A stretch of 63,630 bases of DNA, the filler included, from Octopus bimaculoides (lineage: Eukaryota), in NCBI RefSeq assembly GCF_001194135.2. It is 4 parts of 4 records of this genome, joined end to end, with 100 filler letters (N's around TTAATTAATTAA, not from the genome) between each part and the next. Parts side by side here need not be neighbours in the genome. Positions count along the whole stretch, not along the records: positions 42,545 to 60,786 come from NC_068999.1; positions 60,887 to 63,630 come from NC_069001.1; 2 more parts are not named here. The stretch is one strand, 5' to 3'. The position numbers were made by a program, and so were the translations under genes. Of this stretch, positions 51,801-63,630 are shown one piece after another. Positions within the stretch are counted from its first letter, which is position 1; each line of letters starts with the position of its first letter. The notes below the pieces were generated by a model. That model did no database searches, was not told the DNA's origin, and was given only the letters and a program-made list of their open reading frames with translations.

Positions 51801-53399
51801 AAGCTTTCAAATGCGACAGAAAACGAAGAGGTTTTCATTTCAAGTGTTTGCGGCAGATATAAGACATGCGTAGGAAGCTAAAATTTTTGGCCGAACGCAG
51901 CAAGTTGGAATACGTCGTGACATTGGCACGGTTATACAATACATATATTCATACACACTCATAAACAGACACACTCACAAGGAATTTTGACCTAACATTT
52001 CCATCAAAACTTCGATACAATGTAAACAAAACAATCCTCATAATATATATGATTGAAAAGAAAGGAAAAGTGCGGTTAAATCGGAGAGGTTAGCGCTGAA
52101 GATATGTAGATACGATAATTATCTTACAAATAATGGAGAACATTTTGTGGATAACTGCTCAAACACCGCAGTTGCTCTATCGTCGCGTACTTGATTATGT
52201 TTAAGAGTCGATTACGCCTCTTAGAGTAGTGTTTCTAGACAAAGGAATTGTTTTGCTAACATAAACACTAACTGCATAAAATATGCAAGGCATTTCTCTT
52301 TACTGTACGTTATTACAAAATCATCGAACTTTGTTTTCCAAATGCAACAGATTAACTATTTTTGTTTGTTATTGACCGAATGTTTACTTCTCGGAATGCT
52401 TCAAGCAATTTATTTAACATGAAATAGATACAAGTCTGCCAACACTGTCACTCATACTACCTATAAACCTACCCATGTCTACACTCAGAGAAACCCAAGC
52501 CTACACTTGTTCACGCAAATAACCGTGTAATACTAAGGTTCTTTCTATTTTTTAACCCTTAGTTAGTCACCTGACCTTTCCGAACATGGTTAGCCACATG
52601 GGGTGTTTACACACCCCAATACAAAATGTTTATACTTTTATCATTAGGTAAAATATACTCATTTCGGTTGGTTCAATCAATGCTGAGAAGTTTGAACTCC
52701 TTGGAGCTGATGGATATAAATACAATAAAACAATACAATAAAATATTTTATAAAATTAAGGAAAAACTAAAACAATTTAGATTTAGATCACATTTATTTT
52801 GAAAATAACAACAGAATATATTGGATTGGGGATTTTTATTTATTTGTGATGAATATCAACATTAAAAAACTAACATAACAGACAATTTCTATTATAAAAT
52901 GCAATAAATCAAAACTTGATCTGCGCAAGTCACATGGGATGACTAGATAAAAACCACAACATACCCTCACTGAGTTAGAAGAGTAGAGAAAGGGAGCAAA
53001 CATAAGTTGCCAAATGGAAATTACAAGCGTTTAGAAAACTTTTGGATGACTACACATCCCATGTGACCAAAGAAGTTTTAAATAGTTAATTATCCTCAAT
53101 AATTTTAATTCAAAGAATATATTCTTCACATTTCTTGACTTCTAGCCAGCACCTCACTAGCTTGCCAATGCCTTCATTTTAGACATCATCAGGTCTTGAC
53201 TCAATGAATTCATAGAGTCAAGTTTACAATTCTACAATATTAAGCGGAGAGCCTCGCAGAATATTAGAGTGCGATACAAATGTGCGATACAAATCAGGAG
53301 ATTTGCGTTGATGTGATATAACTTTACTTTCGAGCAATTGAACATCATTCCTAGTTAAAATATTGGCGTAGTATAAAGCGACACCGATATAAAGAATCA

Positions 53400-53950
53400 T
53401 TTAGTTTTACGGTTGGTTCGTTTCAGTTGGAGAGTCTTATTAAGGAGGTGCGATTTACTGAACGCAATACTCTGCATTGACGGCGTGGTTCTTTTAAAGC
53501 ATTTTATAGTGGATTAGCTCTCCTCAGTTCCACAAAGTCAGACCATTATCATCCATGGCTTCCGATCTGACACGGTTCGTGGTTCCACTTGGAATTCGGG
53601 GGCAACCAGTCTTTCTCTGCTTCATATTGACGTAATGACACCATATGTCATAACCAGTGGCAATGCTGTAAAGAAATGTCTATTTCTGTCCACGAATATC
53701 TTGCCGTTCATCAAGCAGACTACCAGCTACCAAGAAGCCCCTTAATTTGTCGCTTTCGTGCAGAGCATATAGCACCATATGTTGAGTTGTTACCCATCAT
53801 ATAAAAGAAACGTGCACATGTGTCATGAGAACTTCCCATCTTTTGGAGCAATTCCATTGTCGACTGTCACGCATGCTGGTGAATAATATCATTAAATCGA
53901 CAAACGTTGAACTGAACAGACCAGCCGGAAAAAGAATAATCCCTGATCAA
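53400..53950 (-). mobile_element. Mariner transposase relic (catalytic-domain start)
   Basis: Minus-strand FLYSIATGYDIWCHYVNMKQRK corresponds to the mariner FL.RIVTGDEKW.HY.N.K.RK motif; followed by LWN*GELIHYKMLL. Confidence 0.65.
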
Positions 53951-55599
53951 ATTCCCCCGCCTTAAGCCTAAAATCCATTTCTGTACGGTTTTATAAATAA
54001 TAGCGCTGTCTCCTTAGAACTTTGATTGAAAAGGAAGAGGAGGTGGTGCCGAACCTATTCCTGGTTTTCTACTTGGCAAGGTATTATCTTATAGACATAT
54101 GATAAAGAATGATAAACAATGATAAACAATGTAGATGAAGAATAGAGTGACAAATATCTCAAAAGATTACGCTAAAAATATTTTCATTGTTAATTTGAAT
54201 ATCATTCGAAGAAAATGTGCAAATTTACTTGACAATCTAATGTAAATATGCATGTATGTTTGTATGTATATATGTTTCTATGTTAGTATGTATCAATCTC
54301 AGTACACCATAGATACATAGATACATATATACGATTATGCATATCTACCTAAATATTTAAAATCTTATACAACACTGAGGTACAATTATATGTTATATAG
54401 ATATAAATTTATAGATACATTATTTTATCCAGTTAATATTTAATATGTTGAATCAATATTCTTGTCTCTGTTAAATTGGAAGTTTAAACCCGAAATCACA
54501 ATTTTACTCGCAAACATATAAACATATATACTCCAGCTGTGACCAAGCAATTTTCTTCGTTCATATTCTATTTAGCACAGTATTATATGAACTGTTTTAG
54601 GCAATTAGATTAGTTTTTCTAGATACATAGATAGCATTAACAGAATGTCTGCATTGGCTCTTCAGTGAACAGAGATAAAAATATTTTAAATATTGCTGTT
54701 GGTCAACATATATTGAATTCAATTAGATTATTAGCAGCATGGCTTGGCACTGTGGAGTCTACAGCACTTAGCGTTCACTGTACACTTCTGTTCTCTTTCA
54801 GGGAAGACATATTTTCGTCTTTCAACATTGAAGTTTATGTAGTTTGTACTAGAATTCAATTTCATGGTTGCACAATCAAATTATCTTTCTACTCCAACCC
54901 TCCTTATATATTACATGTTATTTCTCTAACACATGAGTATTACTTATAACGAATAGAGTAAATATTCGTTTAGTGTTGCTTTGGTTACTACAGTCTGTTT
55001 CTTTCATCTTATACTTTCTCTATCTCTCTCTGTCAATCTCATTCATACATATATCTATAAACACAAACATATATACATACATAAATATATAAGTCTATGC
55101 ATGTATAGATCACGGACTTTTTCTCCACTCTCCCTCCCTTTGTCTTTCTCTCTCTCATTATATACATAGATACATACATAGATACCTATATATATATATA
55201 CATACATACATACANNNNNNNNNNATACTTTCTCTATCTCTCTCTGTCAATCTCATTCATACATATATCTATAAACACAAACATATATACATACATAAAT
55301 ATATATATACTGATATTGATCACGTATATCGATAAATTTAAGAATTGGATTATATCATTAGAAGCACAAGTATAATACACAAAAGGAAACCACATGCACA
55401 AATATACATCACCGCAAACACACATGTCGACATACAGACAGAAATGTTATAGTTGCCATGTATATGTAATATAAAGTAATTATATATACCTGCCTGTATG
55501 CATTGACGCATGTACCACGGTAGGTTAGAAACTGTATGCACTCTTGCTTTAGTAACTTATTAAACTGAAAACAAGGCTTGAAAAACTTACAATTATTAT

Positions 55600-56500
55600 T
55601 CAATGTAGTCAATGCTTCTAGCTGCAATTTTTCGATCGCTCCACAAACTTACTTATTCTATCGGAGAAGAAAGATTATAAGTTGGTCGCGCAGTTATTTA
55701 TGCGTGCTGCACTTCAACTCTTCTTCCAACGTATTGATAGTGGGAAGGGGCGAGATCAAGACAGTATACAGAGTGTTCCAGAAAAAAGAAACAGTATTTT
55801 TCAATGGTTTCAACTGGGTGAGGAAGATATGTATGCGGTACCGTCGTGAAAAAAATAGCCCTTGATTTGATAATGGACCTCACTGTTTGGTGCAAATTGC
55901 TCGTTTCAGTTTGTTAAGTAGCATTTCATTGTAGCTTAGAGTAGTGAATATAGACACATTTTCCAGATAATATTCCAGTATAGACTATTTTGCGTCACCA
56001 ATTCGTCTAGCATACCTTTTCTACGGAAGATTGAGTCTTGGATTTCTATCTAGCTGGCGATTTCGGATGTTTCTATTCCAAAATCTGCATTTGGATTATC
56101 GCTCAAAGTGAGGGACCCAGTTCTCATCTCCTATAATTGTACTCTGCAAAACAACTTCGCTTTCATATTTGTAGTAGTCCAGAATGCGTTGACACACATC
56201 CATACGTTTGCACGTACGTGATTTTGTAAGCCTTCCTCACATTTATCTCGCACATACGCTATGGAAGCGATTCTTGTCATAGATTATTCTGTATACAAGC
56301 CCATGGCTAATTTCCAGATAGCATCTCACCACATTGTGGTCCCTCAAAAGTTCCCCAGAAACATCTCTCTTGCTTGTTGTATTTTCACATGAATGGTGAA
56401 GTTTGACGGACACCCTGCTCTCTTTTCGTGCTTCATCCTTCTCCAGCCATTTCTAAAGTTCTCAGTCAACTCAGTACATGACTATCGCTGCTTTTTACTA
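55600..56500 (-). mobile_element. Long decayed mariner transposase
   Basis: Collinear motifs on the minus strand: FRNGWRRMKHEKRAGCPSNFT (HTH), VCAR*...RMDVCQRIL...IIGDENWVPHFE (TGDE.W), ILEYYLE...YNEMLLNKLKRAIC, LEHSVYCLDLAPSHYQ (HPPYSPDLAPSDY). Confidence 0.85.
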
Positions 56501-57244
56501 GATATAATGCCATGTGAAGCAGTTCTAAAGAGTTAATAGTCAGATTACGTGAACGTTGCAGATATAATTCTAGTTTCAGAAACATATCATGGGTGTTTAG
56601 ATTGTCTACGTGATGGTTAAGCTTGCTAGGAACAGTAAAAAAAAAATTACTGTTAAGATCTGAAAAGCAAAATATCTGTAGGAAAGATGTGTCTGACGGG
56701 ACGAAGATCTGTGTGATACATTCGCCAACGAGGATCTCTTCAGAGATGCGAGACATTAAAAGTTTTCAATGCAGGGAGAGATAGACTCAAATATTTGCTG
56801 GTATTATATGAAATTAGATGAACGTTTTGGGGTGAGTGATGGAGAATATGGACCTTGTTAACGTCGAAATATGCGTGAAAGACTTGAGAAGTAAGACAAG
56901 TGGAGTCTACATATGCGCAGACACCACATTTCATTTCTTAAGAGAAATTTGTGGAAAGAGCGTAACCCAGGCAGCGGACACGAATTTTGGAGATGTGTTG
57001 AGAAATTTCCATTTCACAAAGATATAGCACGAGTGATATTTATTATAGTAACAATTGTGTGGGATCTAGGTTGGTTGGAGATAAGAGCACGCATACTTCA
57101 GCAGAGAGAGAGAGAGAGAGAACGTATGTTTGATCTTAACCTCGCCCCACACATGAAAAAATAACGGGAGCAATTACCACGCCCTAATGAAGACTTACGT
57201 TACGGGTGACAAAAACAAGGGCTCAAAATACTAATGATGGCAGC

Positions 57245-57260
57245 ATTGTAGTAGTAGTAT

Positions 57261-57327
<67 letters not shown>

Positions 57328-57693
57328 GGTGGTGGTAGCGGCGGTGGTGCTGGCGGTAGTGGTGGTAGTAGTAGTAGTAGTGGTGGTGGTGGTGGTGGTG
57401 GTGATAGTAGTAGTAGTAGTAGTANNNNNNNNNNNNNNNNNNNNNNNNNNNNNNNNNNNNNNNNNNNNNNNNNNNNNNNNNNNNNNNNNNNNNNNNNNNN
57501 NNNNNNNNNNNNNNNNNNNNNNNNNNNAGTAGTAGTGGTGGTGGTGGTGGTGGTGGTAGTAGTATATTTAGTAGTAATAGTAGTAGTAGTAGTAGTAGTA
57601 TAATTAGTAGTAGTAGTAGTGACAGTAGCAGTAGTAGTAGTAGTAGTAGCAGTGGTAGTAGTAGTTGCAGTGGTAGTAGTAGTAGTTGCAGTG

Positions 57694-57748
<55 letters not shown>

Positions 57749-57750
57749 CA
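57245..57750. repeat. (TAG)n/(TGG)n compound microsatellite spanning a gap
   Basis: Direct reading of the sequence. Confidence 0.9.
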
Positions 57751-58768
57751 TAAACTTACGTGTATATATATATTGCTCCTCAGTATGGAAGGTGTTGACA
57801 GTGACTTCGATTTTTCTGCCTGCTCAGAGCGCCCAATGAAGGCTAAGCACACACTGAAACTCCAGTTCACTGCCAACATGTCTTACTGCTAAAGGACAAT
57901 AAATATACACATAAGTATGTACGTATTCATATCTATACATGTTACACAAACTTCGAAAAGTGACATATTTTAATTTCGTAGTAGAGAAAAAGCTGCGATT
58001 TTCATATAGAAAGTAATGAAGTATGACATGCAACTCACGTTTTTATCCGGAGAAGAAGTGGGTGTTGCTCACTGTTTTTAGATATATTCAGATCACGTAT
58101 GAAAAATTTAGCTATTCAGAGATTGTAATTCATATTTCTGTAAATTCTCATCTCTTTTCGGTTTTTATATTTCAATTCATTTATACAATTTATCTTGCAT
58201 ATTTATTTTTTATGATGGCTTTAGGAGTCTAAAATATTTCGAAGTGAAATGTATGTATAGGCATCCAGCAATGAATATATATATATATATATATATNNNN
58301 NNNNNNNNNNNNNNNNNNNNNNNNNNNNNNNNNNNNNNNNNNNNNNNNNNNNNNNNNNNNNNNNNNNNNNNNNNNNNNNNNNNNNNNNNNNNNNNNNNNN
58401 NNNNNNNNNNNNNNNNNNNNNNNNNNNNNNNNNNNNNNNNNNNNNNNNNNNNNNNNNNNNNNNNNNNNNNNNNNNNNNNNNNNNNNNNNNNNNNNNNNNN
58501 NNNNNNNNNNNNNNNNNNNNNNNNNNNNNNNNNNNNNNNNNNNNNNNNNNNNNNNNNNNNNNNNNNNNNNNNNNNNNNNNNNNNNNNNNNNNNNNNNNNN
58601 NNNNNNNNNNNNNNNNNNNNNNNNNNNNNNNNNNNNNNNNNNNNNNNNNNNNNNNNNNNNNNNNNNNNNNNNNNNNNNNNNNTTTATAAGTACTACGTAT
58701 ATATATTATATAACTATAGATATTTGATTATCTATATATCAGCGGGTGCCTGCGAATGTATTTATGAC

Positions 58769-58810
<42 letters not shown>

Positions 58811-60886
58811 ATGTATGTATGTATGTATGTATGCGTGTGTTCTATGTTTCTATCTTTGTGCCCCTGTGTTGGTGTGTGGGTATTTGGTCGGCAAATATAT
58901 ATTTTGACTCACAACGCTGCATATTTTCCGTATATAAATATATATCTTTCATCAAACAAGTATAGCTTCTGGAGGCGTTTCTCTTTCTGGATATGACGTT
59001 TCTCTCTAAAAATTATCATTTCTAAAAAAAGAAAAGAAATAACCTGCAATGCGACGAACTATGGTAATGCCGCAGCTGCTACTGATGGATTTTGCCACCA
59101 CTTAGAGGGTGCCTGTTTCTCTCAAGTTACACACATTTTAGTTCATAGCACCGCTTATGTATGCACACTATCCTTTTCTAGGTAGAAGGAATTCAATATA
59201 TATTTAATGGATGTATTAATGTTGTAGCATACTTTGGATGCATATTGTGTCAGATTGAAAATGCAGAAAGAAACCTGGGTAATTCTATAATGTATATGAT
59301 ATATTTATCTCGTAAATGTTATATTGCTATTAGTCATAATCATCCAGAAGTTTCTACGACACTAAAATTGATACTTGTATTCTACAGTACGTGATTGTTA
59401 TGTGGAAGACATATTTTCTGTAGAGGATATGATTTGATTTTATCCCGTAGGAAAATCCTGATTATATAATCAAATTAATTTGTCCCCCAGACAGCATTTC
59501 TTTCCTCACCTTAAGCAAAATATAAAGAGAACTGCATTATCCATAGTGTTCTTCTACTTTTAAAGACAGTAAGCAATGATATAATGTAAACTATTTTATT
59601 TCTTCGACTCTTGATTTTCTAATGTTTATCACGTATGCGATATTAATGGATTTAATTTATTTATGGTAATGTAAATGACGTATTATGGCAATTGAGATTA
59701 TTTAATCATCAGGGTATAAGATAACCAGGTATACAACTTGCGCTTTGCTACATGTACTGCTCGTACTTCTATGTTTACATACAAAGCAGAATCTACCTTT
59801 CTATTCAGTGGTGTTAAATTAACCCTAAATATTCTGCGTTTAATTCAAATACCGTCAAGAATATAAGTGTAGCTTGATCGTATGTGGACATGATTGTAAA
59901 TCTGTAACATATTCCACAATGTCTTTACAAACCCAATCGTCCAATCAAAGATTGGAGTAGATATCTCAGGATATATAGTTTGATATAGTGTTTGATTGTG
60001 ATGTGTTGACTATCAGCTTTAATATCGAGGCAACAGTTTTACTGAATCTTTCTGGATAGTTTTTATTCCGGTTTGCCATTAGCGGCTTTTCAATAGAATG
60101 TAAGATCTTCGTTTGATTGTGTCAAGTAACGAACTGATGGAGGATTAAACAATAATGAGAACTGATTGAAGAATTTACGTAAATCCAACAGCCCGTGCAA
60201 CAACAACATGAGTTAATAACCATACACAGCACAAGGAATCTATGAGGCACGTGTAAACATAAATTCATGGATACAGCTGTACAAATCTTCCAATTAACTT
60301 ACCAATCCATCCACCCGTACCTTCATATATACGTGCGTGATTATAAGCAAGCAATCCTAATTACAGAGCCACACATATATACACACACAAACGCACATTC
60401 ACACAGATATACACACACATATATATTTCTGTAAAACCTTATGTATCGACTTATTAAGCATTCCCAATTATTTGATATAAGAACTTATACGTTAGCTTCA
60501 ATTTTACATCTCCTATGACAATATTTGTATTTTGAATACTGCATTTTGTCTATTGAGCGATACAGTCATTTTATGAATTTACGACAAAAACAATTTAAAA
60601 AAAGTTTTATGAAGACCTACAAAAAATAATTTTGATTCTAATACATGTAACTTATATTTAACCTGTCAAAGCACAAATATTGTTACTGCTAATTGACATG
60701 TATTAACAATTTCATCAACACATCTAAACAAACATTTAAATACACATATACCTTTATAAATTCATATATATATATATATATATATANNNNNNNNNNNNNN
60801 NNNNNNNNNNNNNNNNNNNNNNNNNNNNNNTTAATTAATTAANNNNNNNNNNNNNNNNNNNNNNNNNNNNNNNNNNNNNNNNNNNN

Positions 60887-60919
<33 letters not shown>

Positions 60920-61171
60920 TATATGTGTGTGTGTATTTGTATGTGTGTCTGTTTGTCCCTCCCCCACCATCGCAGTTAGTATGTTTACGTCACCCGACGT
61001 TGGTGTGTTTATGTCTCCGTAACTTAGCGGTTCTACAAAAGTGGGGTGGAATAATTACTAAGTTTATAAAGGATAAGTCCTGAGGTCGATTTGTTCGACT
61101 AAAAGGTGGTACTCCAGCATGGCCACAGTCAAATGACTAAAACAAGTAAAAGAATAAAATAATATATGTAC

Positions 61172-61219
<48 letters not shown>

Positions 61220-61904
61220 ATTTCCTTCGTTTCCCCTTAATACAATTTGACCAGATCTGTTCATCAAATTAATAAATCTAGTTCCACTCATTCCATTAGT
61301 AACAAATCGTTATTAATTTAATGAATAGCATAGATTTAATTAAAACATGCATTCCGATGCTTTAATTAGAAGGGATGTAAATAGAAAGTTATTGCGTGAA
61401 AGGTTGGTGGCCCCGTGGAAAAGACTGCAATGGATTTAGCAATGTAGTTTCGATTCTCAGTGGGAGTTATTTCTCGCTATTTATGTCATGTGGAGGGATA
61501 TGGCTTCGTGGTTAAAGTGTTGTACACATGATCGTAAGATTACTGTTTCGATTCCTGGACCAAGCGACGTGTTGTGTTCTTGAGCAAAACACTTCATTTC
61601 ACGTTGCCCTTGTCCAGTCAGTTGGTAAGAATATATAAGGTGAAGTTGTGACCGGTCTGACTACTTCAGTGATCGATCGATGGAGGACCTGCTTGAATGA
61701 GCAAAAGGAAGGGAACTTCTGAAGTGAAAGGCCAGGGGCCTGCCTTGGTGTCGGATGTTACCTTTTTCTTTCTTTATTCAAGTCATCATTTCCACCACCC
61801 ACCTCGAAGAAATAAACCTAGCGACACTAATTAATCATTACTAGCGGCACTAATTAATTGTTAATTGAATTACAACACTTTGGATTCTGCATATAATATA
61901 TTGG

Positions 61905-62285
61905 CTTCAAATTTTAGCACAAGGCCAGTAATTTCAAGAGCCGGGATAATCGATTACATCTTCCCCAGTATTCAACTGGTACATATTTTATCGAACCTAA
62001 AAGGATGAAAAGCAGAGTCGACCTCGGTGAGATCTGAACTCAGAACAACGAAATGCCTCTAAGCTTTTCACCCGGCGCGCTAACCATTCTGCCAGCTCAC
62101 CGCCTTAAAGTATATTCAGTATTGGTTTCATATTTCGGTTATTTCAAGGGAGTGGGGTAGTCGATTACATCGACCCCAGTACTCAATTGGTACTTATTTT
62201 TATCGACCCAGAAAGGATGAAAGGCGGAGCCGACCCCGTTAAGCATTTTATTCGGAGCGGTAACGATTTCTGCCAGTTTGCCTCC
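61905..62285 (-). mobile_element. Two tandem SINE family B copies
   Basis: gattacatc..cccagta..caa.tggtac...aaaggatgaaa.gc.gag.cgacc occurs twice, ending ...ctgccagctcaccgcctt and ...ctgccagtttgcctcctt. Confidence 0.7.
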
Positions 62286-62619
62286 TTGAGTGTGCATGTA
62301 ATATGTTAACATAATAGAAAATGATTGCTTTGATCTCCCAGGTCCAAGGGGCCAATGGTTCTGATTTTCAAGGATTTAAGTTTGAAAATAAAAGAAATAT
62401 TCTTGCTTCAGTAGGATGCCACACCGTTATAGAGTTAACCTCCAAGAGCTACAAGTAGCCATTGCGCTCGAGAAATGGGAAATGAAGTGCGTTGCACAAG
62501 AATATAACACGGTGTCTGCTTCCTGAATCGAACTCACGACTCAATGACCTTTATATTAACAACTTCAGCAGTTGACGATGCATCTTCACTTATAGTAACA
62601 TGTTTCATTAACAAAAGGA

Positions 62620-62775
62620 AGAATGAAATGAAAAAAAAAATGGAATGAAATCAAAATGAAAAAAATGGAATGAAAAAAATGGAAAAATGGAAATGAAAAA
62701 AATTAAATGAAAAATGAAATGAAAAAATGGAATGAAAAATGAAATGAAAAAAAATGGACAATGAAGTGAAAAAAT
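62620..62775. repeat. Degenerate GAAAT/GAAAAAAATG minisatellite-like tract
   Basis: Repeated aatgaaa(a)n units. Confidence 0.7.
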
Positions 62776-63010
62776 CCGTGGTGTGATTCATTCCAACTGC
62801 TGAATCTTCAGAACCGTTCCAGAAATTCCCCCCGCCTCCTTTTCAAATAATATGCATGCATGAATACATTATAAAACAAGAAGAAAATGATTTGAGAAAT
62901 TTATCATAGATAAGAGAAAGTATTTACATTCAAATGCACATACATGCATACATATATATCTACATTCACACATAGACACACACGCACGCGCAAACATACA
63001 TATATGCATA

Positions 63011-63052
<42 letters not shown>

Positions 63053-63630
63053 ATAACACATACACACGTATACATACATATATATAGACGTATACATATC
63101 CATGTGTGTGAGCGTGTATTAATGTATGCATATTTAATCCAGATGCAAAATTATAAACGAATTAACAATAAGTTTCATACATAACCAAACTTCCTTAAAA
63201 AGGGAAAGAGATCTTACAATCGTCAGATATGTTTGACAAGAAATGTGCAAGTATTTGTATATATATGTATGTGTATGTACGTGTGTTTGTTGTTTTACTC
63301 ACACGCACACACACACACACAAATACGCACGCTCCCACACAAACACGCACACACACACACACACACACATACATACACAATAACTGAACAGTTTATGCAA
63401 GATTTTAAACATTCCTGAATATTAATGTACCTTGTTTTTGTTGAACTTTTAGTTCTTTTGGCCGCTGGTGATGCCATTTTGACCAAATTTGACCAATTGG
63501 CCAATGCGATATGAAAGAACCTTGCTTTTTGGTTGGACTTCATGGTTTTCTTTATTGAAAAAAATTTAGAAATAAAATTTAGAAAAGTAAGCAATCACAC
63601 ACATATGGGCCTACACACACACACACAAAC

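Noticed and set aside
51553-51873. 106-aa plus-strand ORF
   Set aside because: It is antisense to the Tx1-like ORF2 relic.
54662-54692. TTCA-GTGAACA-G...AAAATATTTT resembling the G3-C8 motif
   Set aside because: No stem II and the flanks do not resemble the 26.2 kb element; likely coincidence.
57750-60360. Several minus-strand GTAAGT/GTGAGG donors with short open frames (e.g. MDNAVLFIFCL, LLAYNHARIYEGTGGWI)
   Set aside because: No consistent multi-exon model or recognisable product could be built by eye.

Overview
AT-rich, repeat-dense eukaryotic draft scaffold with many N gaps and microsatellites ((TA)n, (TG)n, (ATT)n, (GAT)n, (TAG)n). The repeat landscape looks like an octopus/coleoid cephalopod genome (inference). 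Almost all ORFs in the supplied track are microsatellite or N-gap artefacts. The only well-supported host coding sequence is two phase-compatible + strand exons (19344-19501, 21036-21353). They encode an N-glycosylated, FN3-like ectodomain end and one transmembrane helix, i.e. a type I membrane receptor-like protein whose other exons I could not fix. The rest is recognisable mobile-element debris: several tRNA-headed SINE families, RTE, CR1-group and Tx1 LINE relics, three mariner transposase relics, Helitron pieces including a 91-bp canonical mini-Helitron, MITE-like inverted repeats and Penelope-like (PLE) relics. The most interesting signal is hammerhead-ribozyme-like RNA motifs in PLE-type terminal repeats. 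These are a minimal type I motif at 50226-50271 with two decayed relatives, and a variant with a compensatory G3-C8 core swap at 26257-26303 inside a perfect 61-bp inverted repeat. Three artificial 100-nt spacers (N44-TTAATTAATTAA-N44) mark joins across which contiguity should not be assumed. Repeat coordinates are approximate unless stated; all matches were made by eye, with no database search.
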